Assembly (NCBI RefSeq): GCF_006345805.1
Contig: NC_043009.1
Span: 50,406,001-50,470,000 of the forward strand
Direction: 5' to 3'
DNA from: Octopus sinensis
Lineage: Eukaryota
DNA length: 64,000 nucleotides
In this document: piece by piece, positions 39,533 through 52,821 of the stretch
Layout: each line of letters starts with the position of its first letter
How positions within the stretch are numbered: the first letter of the stretch is position 1
The notes under the pieces: model-generated
Databases searched by the model: none
Seen by the model: the letters and a program-made list of their open reading frames with translations, nothing else
What the model was told of the DNA's origin: nothing
Translations under genes and position numbers: made by a program

Positions 39533-40267
39533 ATAACTACTAGATAATCCTTCTACCTCACCACACAACACACACACACACACAGACTGTTATGACTACA
39601 ATGGAAATGTATATTTTCATTGTGGTCCGTCCTGATATTTCAATTATATAAAGCAGATAGTTTCATAAACTGCAATCGGCAAAAGGAAAATGATTAAAAA
39701 TTAAAATTCTAACTTCAGTCAAACTTCAATTTAAAAACAAAATATTTGTTTTAAAAACTGAAATTTTTAAATTATTGCTTTAAATTTGAATTTCATGTGT
39801 TTTGATTTGATTTTTATTTCCTCACCACTCCACCTCCATATAAATTTTGAATTGAGTTGAAATTCCAATTGCAATCATTCACATTTTTTATTCATTATTT
39901 TTCCTCTGTCTTTTTGGTTTTATGAAATCCGTTTTATCAATTTGAAATTTTAAAGCTGAAAAAAATATACAATAAGGAGAGGGTAGGGTAAGTAGAATTG
40001 AAATTAGTATTGCCCTATTGTTCATATCTGTAACCAGTAACACACACACACACACATCATCATCATCATCATCATTTTAATATCCACTTTTCTAGGTTCT
40101 AAGTTGAGGTAGATCTGTGCTGATCAGCTGAGTGATGTGTGCACAAAACATATTGTAGTGTTTTGTGGTTTATTAAAACTGAATATTTATCTCGCAGATA
40201 TGAAGCTCAAGCTGTGAGATAAACATTCACTTCTAATAAACTATATGAATATATATATAAAGTACTT

Positions 40268-40497
40268 GGTGACCCTATTGGTGATGGTGTCACATAAAAA
40301 GCACTGGTGTTGGTGCCATGTAAAAAGCATCCAGTACACCCTGTAAACTGGTTGACATTAGGCAGGGCACCTGGCTGTAGAATCATGCCAAAACAAACAG
40401 TGGAGCTTAGTACAGCTCTTGGACTTGCTAAGATCTATCAAACCATCTAACCCATGCTAGTATGGAAAATGGATGTTAAATGATGATGATGATGATG
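40268..40497 (+). mobile_element. Older family D copy
   Basis: TAAAAAGCAC units, degenerate core, CCCATGCTAGTATGGAAAATGGATGTTAAA(TGA)n. Confidence 0.7.
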
Positions 40498-40542
<45 letters not shown>

Positions 40543-40545
<3 letters not shown>

Positions 40546-41166
40546 CGTGGTCGATGCCAGCGCCGCCTAGACTGGCTTCCATGCCGGTGGCACGTAAAAA
40601 GCACCAACCAAATCGTGGCCGTTGCCAGTGCCGCCTTGACTGGCTTCCATGCCGGTGGCACGTAAAATGCACCAATCCGATCGTGGCCAAAGCCAGCCTC
40701 GCCTGGCACCTGTGCAGGTGGTACGTAAAAAGTACCCACTACACTCACGGAGTGGTTGGCGTTAGGAAGGACATCCAGCTGTAGAAACACTGCCACATCA
40801 GACATGGTTCTGGGTTCAGTCCCACTGCGTGGCACCTTGGGCAAGTGTCTTCTACTATAGCCTCGGGCTGACCAAAGCCTTGTGAGTGGATTTGGTAGAC
40901 GGAAACTGAAAGAAGCCCGTCGTATATATGTATATATATATATATGTGTGTGTATTTGTGTGTCTGTGTTTGTTCCCCTAGCTTTGCTTGACAACCGATG
41001 CTGGTGTGTTTATGTCCCTGTCACTTAGCAGTTCGGCAAAAGAGACCGATAGAATAAGTACTGGGCTTACAAAAAGAATAAGTCCCGGGGTTGAGTTGCT
41101 CAATTTAAAGGCGGTACTCCAGCATGGCCGCAGTCAAAATGACTGAAACAAGTAAAAGAGTAAAAG
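40543..41166 (+). mobile_element. D/A chimera: D units and core (40543-40803) fused to a 5'-truncated family A SINE (40802-41166)
   Basis: ...GTAGAAACACTGCCACATCAG-AC-ATGGTTCTGGGTTCAGTCCC...; D tail and the first part of the A head are both absent. Confidence 0.85.
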
Positions 41167-41867
41167 ATTGCTAAGATGTCATCTTTAAACACTAAATACC
41201 AAGATAATCAGTTGTTTTTGAAGTCTGAAACATCTAAGAGTTGATTCCATAGCAGTAAAACAGCCGATGTTACTGGAAGGTGAGGAGGAGGAGAGAACCA
41301 CCCCTGCCCCAGTAATAATGCTTTTTAAAGAGGCTGCTGATGATGATGATATGTAGTTTCCAACTGTACACAGTAGAATACAGAGTTAAATAGAAGTGTA
41401 ATGGGTTAAATGCCAAAGAAAATAATTTGATCTCAAAGAAGACAACACACACATACACTTACATGTACGCACACAGAAAAAATACTAAGAGACACTGTTA
41501 ATCCTATCTTCAGCAGAGATCTTTTCAGTAAAGTATGTGTGTATATATATGTATGTACATGTATATGTAAATGACAATGTGACTGAGTATAATGATTGTG
41601 ACTATGTGTGTGTGTGTGCGTGTGTGTGTGTTTGTGTGTATGGATGTGTACACATATGTAAGCAAGTGTGTGTACCAGCAATCTGTATATATGTTGCTGA
41701 GAGAATGTTAGTATCTGTATAGATGCAACTGTATGTATGGGTGTCAAGGTGCATGATCTGTGTGTGTGTGTGTGTGTGTGTGTTTCTGCGTGTGTATACG
41801 TGTGTTTGTAAAAACCCATGTGAAAGTGTATGAAGGTATGTTCATGGATGGATATAGGAGTATGTGT

Positions 41868-42091
41868 ATACTCTTTACTCTTTTACTTGTTTCAGTCATT
41901 TGACTGCGGCCATGCTGGAGCACCGCCTTTAATCGAGCAACTCGACCCCGAGACTTATTCTTTTTGTAAGTCCAGTACTTATTCCATCGGTCTCTTTTGC
42001 CAAACCGCTAAGTAACAGGGACATAAACACACCAGCACCGGTTGTCAAGCAATGCTAGGGGGACAAACACAGACACACAAACACACACATG

Positions 42092-42129
<38 letters not shown>

Positions 42130-42297
42130 TACGACGGGCTTCTTTCAGTTTCCGTCTACCAAATCCATTCACAAGGCTTTGGTCGGCCCGAGGCTATAGT
42201 AGAAGACACTTGTCCAAGGTGCCACGTAGTGGGACTGAACCCGGAACCATGTGGTTGGTAAACAAGCTACTTACCATACAGCCACTCCTGTGCCTAT
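41868..42297 (-). mobile_element. SINE family A
   Basis: Reverse complement of family A. Confidence 0.9.
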
Positions 42298-42837
42298 GTG
42301 GATTTACTGGGAGAAGCGGGTGGTGTCTGTAAGTGTATGTGTGTGTCAGTGTGTTGCTGATAATAAGTGTGTGTCGGATAATAAGCTTGTACTTATACAA
42401 ACGTGTGGGGATGTATGAGTATGCGTATGTATAATTGTATGTGTTTGTGTGTGTAGGAGTGTGTAAGCATTCAACAATCCATAGTTTCTCAGCCACATCA
42501 CTGCAAACAAATCTAATGATAGATATAGTTGTGCAACTCAATACTGAGGAATTTCTAATATGGTTAGCACAGGTATGTGTGTGCTGGCTGACAAGGATTA
42601 AATTGGCACAATGGTAACAGCACAAGTGACATCTGAACTCTTCAACCTCTTTGTTGTTCTTTCTTTTTTTTCCTTTCTTTCACCCAGATTGTCTTCCACT
42701 TGATAATGAAGTGTCTGTGTGTTTATGCATGTGTGAGTGTGTGTTTTGGAAGTTTGTAAACATTCTCAACAATAAAACTCTTCCTTTCCACCCAACAGGT
42801 ACAAGAAAGCAGCTTGATGGAAATGGGAAGAAAGAGA

Positions 42838-42904
<67 letters not shown>

Positions 42905-42924
42905 ATATATGATGATATATATAA

Positions 42925-43148
42925 TGGCGCACTGGCAGAAACGTTAGCATGCCGGCCGAAATGCGTAGCCGTATTTCGTCTGTCATTACGCTCCGAGTTC
43001 AAATTTTGCCGAGCTCGACTTTGCCTTTCACCCTTTCGGGGTCGATAAATTAAGTACCAGTTACACACTCGGGTCGATATAATCGACTTAATCCCTTTGT
43101 CTGTCCTTGTTTGTCCCCTCTGTGTTCAGCCCCTTGTGGGTAGTAAAG

Positions 43149-43153
<5 letters not shown>
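42925..43153 (+). mobile_element. SINE family B1 within (TA)n
   Basis: Family B1 head to tail. Confidence 0.9.
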
Positions 43154-43200
<47 letters not shown>

Positions 43201-43420
43201 GTGTATATATACACACACACACACACATATTCTGGGGAGGTGGGGTTTGATAATTTTTGTTTCACTAATTCGACTGTGGCCATGCCGGAGCACAGCCTTG
43301 AAGGATTTTAGTTGAACAAATTGATCCCAATCACTTCTTTTTTAAGCCTAGTACTTATTCTATCGATCTCTTTCACTGGACCACTAAGTTACAGGAACAT
43401 AAACACACCAACACTGGTTG

Positions 43421-44280
43421 TCGAGTGGTAATCGGAGGAATTGGAAGTAGGGGGATGGAGAGCTTGGTGTGGGTAGGGTGGGAGGAGGAGAAGTTAAGGT
43501 AGTGAGTCCGTGTTTCTAGTGACCAGAGGTAGTGAGAGTGGAGTGGTGCATGCTTGCAGAAATGTCGAGAAATTCGACGGAAAAGTTAGAGATAGAGCAG
43601 GAGAATTCGAGGGCAGGATGGAAGGATTGGACAAAGGAGTGAGAGCCTAGTTGTTCACGGGAGAGTGAGGGTGCTCCAATACTGTCATTGATATAATGAC
43701 TGTATAGCTTGGGAGTGGGACCAGTGAATTGTGAGAATATTTGGGCCTCAACGTAGCCAGCGAGAAGGTTCACATAGTTGGGGCCCATTCTCATTCCCGT
43801 GGCTGCTCCCAAAAACTCCCTCATGAATGAGAAGCAGCTGAAGGAGTGGATAAGTTCAGCCAGATGAAGAAGTGGGGAGGTGTCAGGTTGAGGGTTAGGC
43901 CGAAGGTCAAGGAAGTGTTTAAGCACAAGAAGTCCTTCATTATGTGGGATCACCATATAAACTTTTAATGTCAAGAGTGAACAGAAGTTTAGAGGGGCCA
44001 GAAGGGAAGGAAAAAGGGTTAAATAGAGGGAGAGCATGGTTATGGTTGGTATCGTGGATGGGTGAGGGGATGAAAGCCATTGGGGGAAAGAACGGTCCAG
44101 GTATTTGGAGATCATTTTCATGGGGCAGTTGCAGACAGAGTCAATGAGGTGACCAAGGTTGTTGGAATGGGGAATTTTGGGAAGGGAGTAAATAGTGGGG
44201 TGTGTGGGGTATGGACTATGAAGTTGGAGGCGGTGGGAGGAAGAAATGAGGTCATTAAATTAGAACAGATGGACACATTA
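43421..44280 (-). pseudogene. Penelope-like element (PLE) reverse transcriptase fragment, frameshifted
   Basis: Minus-strand frames give LPPTASNFIV..TP, NNLGHLIDSVCNCPMKMISKYLD (cf. KPxxPGRPIVS), VIPHNEGLLVLKHFL, GMRMGPNYVNL (cf. GxAMGxxxxPxYANL), YINDSIG (cf. RYIDD), FVQSFHPALEFS...SVEFLDIS and HYLNFSSSHPTHTKLSIPYFQFLRL. This is the typical PLE RT and thumb motif order. Confidence 0.85.
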
Positions 44281-44574
44281 TACCTAAAATCTCCAAGAAG
44301 TTAAGGAGATAGACAAAGAACATGCTGTCTTACTCTACATAAAATTCTATGTCTTTGTGCAGCTGAAGATTGCTCTGCATTTTAAATTGGTGTAATGATT
44401 GCATTGTTCAATTAAATGGAGCTGCATGAAACGATTGTACTGCATTACCTCTGGATATCCTTGTTGCTTATTTTGATTTTAATCACCTTACTTTGAAATT
44501 GTATGGATAATACCATGGTAAATTCTGGTGCCTCAACCTAAGTACTATATTCATCTGAATCTAATACAAATATG

Positions 44575-44607
<33 letters not shown>

Positions 44608-44630
44608 ATATATATGTGTGTATATATATA

Positions 44631-44670
<40 letters not shown>

Positions 44671-44678
44671 CACATACA

Positions 44679-44712
<34 letters not shown>

Positions 44713-45508
44713 CACACATGCACCTATACACAATGTATAAACATTTTTGTGTGTGTGTGTATACACACATACATACACTACACACATACCCAAATATAAA
44801 TGAAATGTTGGAAACTTGATTATGGTAGGCAAGTGTAGGACAGGGTACGACAAGGTTGGCAGGTGCAAAACTTGCATTGATGTTATTGTTGCCTGAGTTT
44901 TATAGCTTATTTAGACAAAGACTTTTGGAAAAGAACACCAAATTTCAGGAATGCCATGACAACTTGATTTTGCAGTTACTTCCCTCTTATTGCTTTCTCA
45001 AGAAACAAAACTGCTCTTCTCTATCTTCCCCTTCTCCCTGCCGCCTCTTTTCTCTTTTAGAAAATGTGTATATTGGTAAGAGGAAAATATTAAAGAATAT
45101 ATGAGGCATCTTCCTTTATTTTCTGATATTTTCCCCTGCAAATCCTCTATCAGACACCTGCCCACCCACAAGCCCAGTTTATCCAGTTAAATTCTATGTT
45201 GTCAAGTTCTTCAACTATTTCTTCACAATATTAAAACAAGGAAACAATGTGTGTGTACACATTACACCCACAAGCATATATATATATATATATATAAAGT
45301 GCATGCGTGTGTGTGTTGATGTATGCATGCTTGTGAATTTTCACAATTAAAAATCTCCAAGTCTTTTAGTTCCTCAGTAGATAATCAGATTCTAAGTAAT
45401 GAAAATTGTTGCAGAAATTGATTTACAGGTATGATAGAACTGTTGCTTGCAAGTAAAATTGAAAAACTCTTGTCTTCTCTCTCTCTCTCTCTCTCTAATT
45501 TCTCGCAG

Positions 45509-45602
45509 AATATCTCTCCAATGAAGAGGGTTTACCTACACCAATCACTTCAGATTAGCATCACACATATTCTCCCGTCAACATGTCTACTATGAAAGCT
45601 AG
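45509..45602 (+). other. Candidate exon (unverified), possibly 5' UTR plus start codon
   Basis: Acceptor (CT)n-CTAAT-TTCTCGCAG| and donor TAG|GTAAGC; CAAC-ATG at 45583 reads MSTMKA(R/S) into the donor. All three frames have stops over the full length. Confidence 0.25.
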
Positions 45603-45876
45603 GTAAGCCAGTACATCTTTTAGGTCTTATAACAAATTATTATAATAATTAAATAAAAGCAACAGGAGGGAAATGTATTGGATAAAAATCAAGACATCCA
45701 CCCCTCTGCCATGCATACAAAAAAAATTTCTAACAAATATATATAAAGAATGAAGAACAATCTAATTGTTGCCATCATCACACACACACGCACTAATGTA
45801 CACATAAATACACATGCACACACAAATATATATATATACGCATGCACTCACATATACCTACCTACATAATATACAT

Positions 45877-45921
<45 letters not shown>

Positions 45922-46376
45922 AATATAATACACAACACATCTTGTATACATTTTTCTACACAATAAAAAAAATATATGTATGCATAAATACACACAAACA
46001 TACATATATAACATATATAGACATATATATATATACATACATATACACCTAAATTTACATACACATGTACTTGTGCATGTGCGTGTATACAATTATCTCT
46101 CAACACATCTGTGTATAAATGTATAATCACACACACACACACACACACACACTTTATGCATGTGTGTGTGTGTGTGTGTTGTGTATGCTGATGCTAGGTA
46201 GAGGCAACTCAGAAGTATCAAAGTGGGTGACCAGTCTATAAAAGTAACAAAAAAAGTCTTAGGACAATTGGTTAGGATGAGAATCATCTTTGATGAGTTA
46301 GAATGGTGAAACAATTACAAGAGAATTTTATGTCATTAATCTTGAGTAGGCTTTTGGCAAGGTACTATAATCTGTA

Positions 46377-46606
46377 GCGGCGAGCTGGCAGAAACGTTAG
46401 CATGCCGGGCGAAATGCGTAACCGTATTTCGTCTGCCATTATGTTCTGTGTTCATATTCCACCGAGGTCGACTTTGCTTTTCATCCTTTCGGGGTCGATA
46501 AATTAAGTACCAGTTACGCATTGGGGTCGATGTCATCGACTTAATTCATTTGTCTGTCCTTGTTTGTCCCCTCTGTGTTTAGCCCCTTGTGGGTAGTAAA
46601 GAAATA
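46377..46606 (+). mobile_element. SINE family B1
   Basis: 19-bp TSD AGGTACTATAATCTGTAGC (46360-46378, 46606-46624). Confidence 0.9.
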
Positions 46607-47067
46607 GGTACTATAATCTGTAGCTTGGTGGTCTCTAAGAGGAGGGGTAAATGAATGGCTGCTTAGAACAATGAAATTCATTGCACAGAGATGCATTCAC
46701 CAAAGTGAGAAATGACAATAAGTCCAGCAAGGAATTTCGTGTGCTATCAATCTTTATATGGGCAGAAAATGAGGTTACTTCTTTTCTGATGAATTTCCAA
46801 GTCAGATCAAAAATGAAACAGTCCAGAACAATCCCAAATAGTTTTCTGCTAGTGGAAAATTATAAAACTTTGCTTACATTTTGCAAGAGGTATATTTGCA
46901 TTAAAAATTTCCAGATAGCAGGTAGTTGAGGTTATTAGTTCATCTTATTTGAAGGCACGTTTCCTTGTTGCAACAATATTCATGAAGGATTTGAGAAACA
47001 ATCATAAGAATGACTGAAAGTGGCTGTGGCAAAGGTGTAAAACATAAGCTTTGAAAAACTTGTGTGA

Positions 47068-47102
<35 letters not shown>

Positions 47103-47120
47103 TAATCCATTGTATGAACA

Positions 47121-47402
47121 CACTGGTTCGGGAACGGAATTTGCTCAGGGGGTGCAAAGCCAGGTCCAAAAATTTTTACAAACAAGGTCTTATTGCCTTT
47201 TATTTATTTATTTATTTATTTTCTTTCTTTTTTTTTTTTTGAGAAGAAATCTAACTACGAGCTACTTTTTACAGATCGCTATCTATTCACTGTTTTCTAA
47301 ACCTGGGTAAAGTAAGTAGGGGTGCAAATTTTGATTTTGCACGCCACAAAAATTTCATAGGGTGCATTCGCACCCCCTGCACCCTCCGTTCCCGGGCCCA
47401 TG
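47121..47402. mobile_element. hAT-like MITE, 282 bp
   Basis: Imperfect TIR CACTGGTTCGGGAACGGA / TCCGTTCCCGGGCCCATG; perfect 8-bp TSD TATGAACA (47113-47120, 47403-47410). Confidence 0.8.
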
Positions 47403-47464
47403 TATGAACATCTATTTTTCTATACTAACACTATACATACACACACACACACACATATATATAT

Positions 47465-47771
47465 ATCACGTGATCACGTGACCGACCAGACCATCAGATG
47501 TTGTTACACATCGCTGGTCACAATGCATTCGCATTGTTTTAGCCTTCGAATGACGCCACCCCGCTAGCTAAGCGAGCAGGCCAACAGACGAAAGAGTGAG
47601 AGAAAGAGTGGTGAAAGAGTACAGCAGGGATCACCACCCCCTGGTGGAGCGTCATGGAGGTTTTAGGTGTTTTCGCTCAATAAACACACACAACACCCGG
47701 TCTGGGAATCGAAACCGCGATCCTACGACCGCGAGTCCGCTGTCCTAACCACTGGGCCATTGCACCTCCAC
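47465..47771 (-). mobile_element. tRNA-headed SINE family C with (CACGTGAT)n tail
   Basis: Minus strand GGAGGTGCAATGGCCCAGTGGTTAGGACAGCGGACTCGCGGTCGTAGGATCGCGGTTTCGATTCCCAGACC (A and B boxes) ... GGTCGGTCACGTGATCACGTGAT. Confidence 0.8.
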
Positions 47772-47796
47772 ACACACACATATTTTAATATATATA

Positions 47797-47831
<35 letters not shown>

Positions 47832-47840
47832 AATATATAT

Positions 47841-48203
47841 GACCCGGCAAGACTAGTCAGGCCATAACCATGGCCCCTACCTGGGACGTAGTCAGTCCAC
47901 CGTGCATACCTTCCTTCTTGTGACACTTGTGAAGACCTGTTGAGGCAAGTGAAAATCAAATCAAAACAATCATAATAGATGAACATCAATGGATATTTGT
48001 ATCCTTATGTTGTACAGTGCCGGTGGCAAATAAAATCACCCACTACCTCTCGGAGTGGTTTGGCGTTAGGAAGGGCATCCAGCTGTAGAAACACTGCCAG
48101 ATCTGACTGGACTGGTCAGCTTTCGGCTCCCCACCCCAGTTGACCGTCCAACCCATGCTAGCATAAAAGGACGTTAAATGATGATGATGATGATGATGAT
48201 GAT
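47841..48203 (+). mobile_element. Family D variant
   Basis: GAAGACCTGTTGAGGCAAGTGAAAATC 5' part, core and (GAT)n; many 1-bp deletions. Confidence 0.75.
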
Positions 48204-48205
48204 AT

Positions 48206-48236
<31 letters not shown>

Positions 48237-48301
48237 TATATATTTTATATATATATATATATTATTATATATTATATATATATATATATATATCTATTAT
48301 A

Positions 48302-48358
<57 letters not shown>

Positions 48359-48390
48359 ATATATATATATAATAAAATATATATATACAA

Positions 48391-48588
48391 TGCAACCACT
48401 CTGAGAGCATAAAAATATCCATTACACTCTCAGAGTGGTTGGCGTTAGGAAGGGCATCCAGCAGTAAAAACCATGCCAATCAGACTGGAGACTGGTGCAG
48501 CCCCTCAGCTTACTGGCCCTGGTCAAACCATCCAAATCCAATCCATGCCGGCATGGACAAATGAATGTGAAATGATAATGATGATGAT
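48391..48588 (+). mobile_element. Family D
   Basis: Core GGCGTTAGGAAGGGCATCCAG and (GAT)n tail. Confidence 0.8.
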
Positions 48589-48668
48589 ATACAAACATAT
48601 GTATATTTTTTCAATCTAGATGTTTGTGATTTGTATCCTGGGTATAAATTTGATTATGCATTCTGAAA

Positions 48669-48829
48669 CAGGAGTGGCTGTATGGTAAGTAGCTTGTTTA
48701 CCAACCACATGGTTCTGGGTTCAGTCTCACTGCATGGCACCTTGGGCAAGTGTCTTCTACTATAGCCTCGGGCTGACCAAAGCCTTGTAAGTGGATTTGG
48801 TAGATGGAAACTGAAAGAAGCCTGTCGTA

Positions 48830-48863
<34 letters not shown>

Positions 48864-49074
48864 CGTGTATGTTTGTGTGTCTGTGTTTGTTCCCCTAGCA
48901 TTGCTTGACAACCGAAGCTGGTGTGTTTATGTCCCCGTCACTTAGCGGTTCGGCAAAAGAGACCGCTAGAATAAGTACTGGGCTTACAAAGAATAAGTCG
49001 TGGGATCAATTAAAGGCGGTGCTCCAGCATGGCCGCAGTCAAATGACTGAAACAAGTAAAAGATCAAAAGAGTA
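48669..49074 (+). mobile_element. SINE family A
   Basis: Head to tail. Confidence 0.9.
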
Positions 49075-49631
49075 ACATGGGACTATATTTTTGTAGTGGT
49101 GCTTCACATCACTGGAAGTAGTGACCCAACCTCATATATCTGACTGGCAGCTGATGAAGGCAATTCCTCTGGATATGTTACTATATGCATTCTTGTTGTT
49201 TGGTTAATGTTTTTACACATTGTTACTGTCCTGTTTCATTTAATTCAAGTACCTAGGATGGTGTCGGTTCTTTGTTATTAGTCATTACAATAGCATGAAT
49301 TTGACGTTAATCATAAATTTTTGTTTGAGTGATACTAATTTTCCCAAAAGTTTAAGTTTATCGTGATTGTAGCATTGTTGTATGACACATATGTTGAGTA
49401 TGTACGTATATATATATATGTAAATATATATATATATGTAAATATATAGATATGTAACTATATATATTATATATATATATATGTATAATACGTATGTATA
49501 TATATATATATGATAAAATATTATTTGAGACAAAACCACTATTTTGCCAAACAAACAAGGAAAGACTTAATCAATACATAAAATTTAATAATATATATGT
49601 ATGTATATATATATATATATGTATATATATA

Positions 49632-49696
<65 letters not shown>

Positions 49697-49777
49697 GTAT
49701 ATATATTATGTATATACATATATGTTGTATATATATGTATGCATATATATGTGTATATATATATATAATATACATAC

Positions 49778-49813
<36 letters not shown>

Positions 49814-50379
49814 ATAGCCTATCAGTTTGCTGATATAATCTCATTTTACTTGACATCTAAGAAATGAGCAAGAGATGAGGGTCATTTAATATGCTTGGTC
49901 CTTATATCAGATCGTGGTAGCTATTTTCATTGTAGTTATAAATGCAAAAGAATGTATATTTACATGTCTTACTCTATTATAAAGTGATTTCTTCAGATGT
50001 TTAATGCTTTTCATATGCATTCACTAAATTTTTACTATTGCTTTTGCGCTGTTTTTATGGAGTGTGTGAAATACAAATTATGTAGGAAATTTTAATTTAG
50101 AAGAGCAGTCAGATTGATATACAACTCTTTATACAGGTGTGCGCGTGTGTGTGTTGTGTGTATGAGTATGTGTTTGTGTGTATACACACAAACACACATA
50201 GGTACGAAATATGTTCAAACAAAGCTTTATTTTTGTCATTTCCTTTTACATTCCCAGCAACAAGGAAATAGAAACTGAAGGTATTTTACTTGGTCTCACA
50301 ATACCCTCTATATTTTGTTTGTGGGTGATATAGAAGTGTGGGTGTGTGTATATATGTATTCTTTCACAAATGAGTATAC

Positions 50380-50870
50380 ACATACATACATATATACATA
50401 CATACATACATACATACATACATACATACATACATACATACATACATACATACATACATACATACATGTATGCATGGGTTACACATGTACACCTATGTAC
50501 AGGTGAGTGCACGTGTGTGTAGCTATAGACATATGCATGTGTCTCTATGCTTGCATAACCATGTTTATGCATTGTATGTAGGTGTATATGTATGCATGCA
50601 CACAAACACGCACACACACACACACACATATATATATACCGATATAGAGATAGATATCTATATGCATGTAGATGTCTATGCATGTATGTGTGAATATATA
50701 TATTATATAATCAGCTATATATATATACATATATATACATATATATACATATTAATATTATATACATATATATACATATATATAATATATACATATATAT
50801 ATATATACATATATATATACATATATTATATACATATATATATACATATATATAAATTACATATATATAT

Positions 50871-50901
<31 letters not shown>

Positions 50902-50907
50902 CATACA

Positions 50908-50958
<51 letters not shown>

Positions 50959-50960
50959 CA
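50380..50960. repeat. (TACA)n, (CA)n and (TA)n compound arrays
   Basis: Directly visible. Confidence 0.9.
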
Positions 50961-51352
50961 CCATATGTATGTATGAATACACTAACACTGCAAGAGCATT
51001 GTCTGAATTGTGTATACATGCATTTCAATGATTATAGGAATATGAACATGTACTTATTTATACACACGTACATACCATTTGAGGTGGGACAAGGCTGGGT
51101 CAGTCCATTTCATTGAAAGCAGTTTATTAGTGGAAGTTGTTGTCTGACCTTTCCCATGGCCTTCACCAATATAGCATCTAACTTAAAACAAGGGCAATAA
51201 AGAAAAAGAAAAACAAACAAAATCGTGTCAACAGTACAAAATTCAACTCACTCAGGCAGAACATTTAAAGCTAGACTCATTCAACTAGCAGAACTTTAAT
51301 GGTGCGTCCCTGTGTATTGGTGTTCCTAGGTGTGTATGTGTGTGTGTGTGTG

Positions 51353-51384
<32 letters not shown>

Positions 51385-52490
51385 TCGTAGATAACTTAAA
51401 AATGTATGATAGATTGCCGTCAATTCATTCTCTCTTACCTGTTTGTGTCTGCCTTCCAATTGCTGTTTTTACTGAGATCTCCCTTTTTAGTAGAAGAAAT
51501 AGCTATAACTCTTTGACTGCTATTTCTAAATTCGGTATGTGGTAAGGCAATTCGTTGCTAAACCCTTTATTGCTTAGTATATATATATATATATATATAT
51601 TTCCTGAGTGCCATACTAATACAATTGTTCGTTTGTTTTCCACCTGCCTTCGTCTTTTGTTTATTTTCATAAAGCTTCCCGTTATATATATATATATATG
51701 TATAAACACACAACATACATACAATACACAAATATAGGCACACTGCACATATACATACGCACACAACAAATATATGTAAGACAAGTATTCACACACATAC
51801 ACATTCAGGTTTACATACAAGACCAACCAATTACAGATACATATGCTTTAACAAAGAATTTCATGTCTACAACCCTGACCCTCACAAAGGGCTCTGTTCA
51901 GACACAAGCACACACACTCCACACACAGCTACACACACACAATTACACCACACAGGCATCAGTTACACAAAAATACTAGAAGCCACAGGAGTCTAAAGGT
52001 CTTATGTGTAAAGTATCTGGAGGCATGCGTGAGTGTATAAACACTCACACATATAGGTATACATACATACACACACACACATACACACATATATACACAT
52101 ATATATATATACATACATATTTTATATATGTATATATATATATATATATATCTACATACAAGCATATGTACATATATCTTATATATATATACATACACAC
52201 ACACACACACACACACATGTATACACACATACACACATACATACACACATACATACACACACACAGAGGTATCAGTAAAGAACAAAAACACTGGAAGAGA
52301 CAGGAGTCTGAGGGAAGGTCATGTCATGAGTGTACACAAACAACAAAACAAACACAGGCACAGAAGCATCAGTAACAAACAAAACAATGAAAGAGACAGG
52401 TTGAGAGGGGGGGCAAGAGAGGGGGGAGAGAGAGGGAGAGGCACGATGCCACCAGAAGTGAAAGGAATCGGCAGTAGGTGTTATTTTAAG

Positions 52491-52595
52491 GAATTTACAA
52501 GGTTCGGATTTCTAATGAAGTTGGACCCTCATCAATGCTTTACCCATACTGCGTTCCTTCCATGAATGAGGCCCTAGGAGGAGAAAGACCTGGCA
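52491..52595 (+). other. Candidate 105-nt symmetric (phase 1-1) exon, unverified
   Basis: TTATTTTAAG| ... GGCA|GTAAGG; open frame xIYKVRISNEVGPSSMLYPYCVPSMNEALGGERPG. Confidence 0.15.
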
Positions 52596-52716
52596 GTAAG
52601 GGAGTGTCAGAACATGCAAGAATATAGCTGAAGACTGTTCATTTTGATTTTGGAACACAGATAAGAAAAGAGTGTGTGTGTGCATGGCTGTGTGTGTGTG
52701 TGTGTGTGTGCGTGTT

Positions 52717-52747
<31 letters not shown>

Positions 52748-52821
52748 TCATTAGATGATTAGTGATGATTAAAATAATCTAAAAAGATTCTAGAAAAAGA
52801 ATGAATTAATGAATGTGAAGA

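Noticed and set aside
49151-49180. Hammerhead-like CTGATGA-AGG-CAATT-CCT
   Set aside because: The required GAAA after stem II is absent (CTGGA follows) and stems I and III are not evident.
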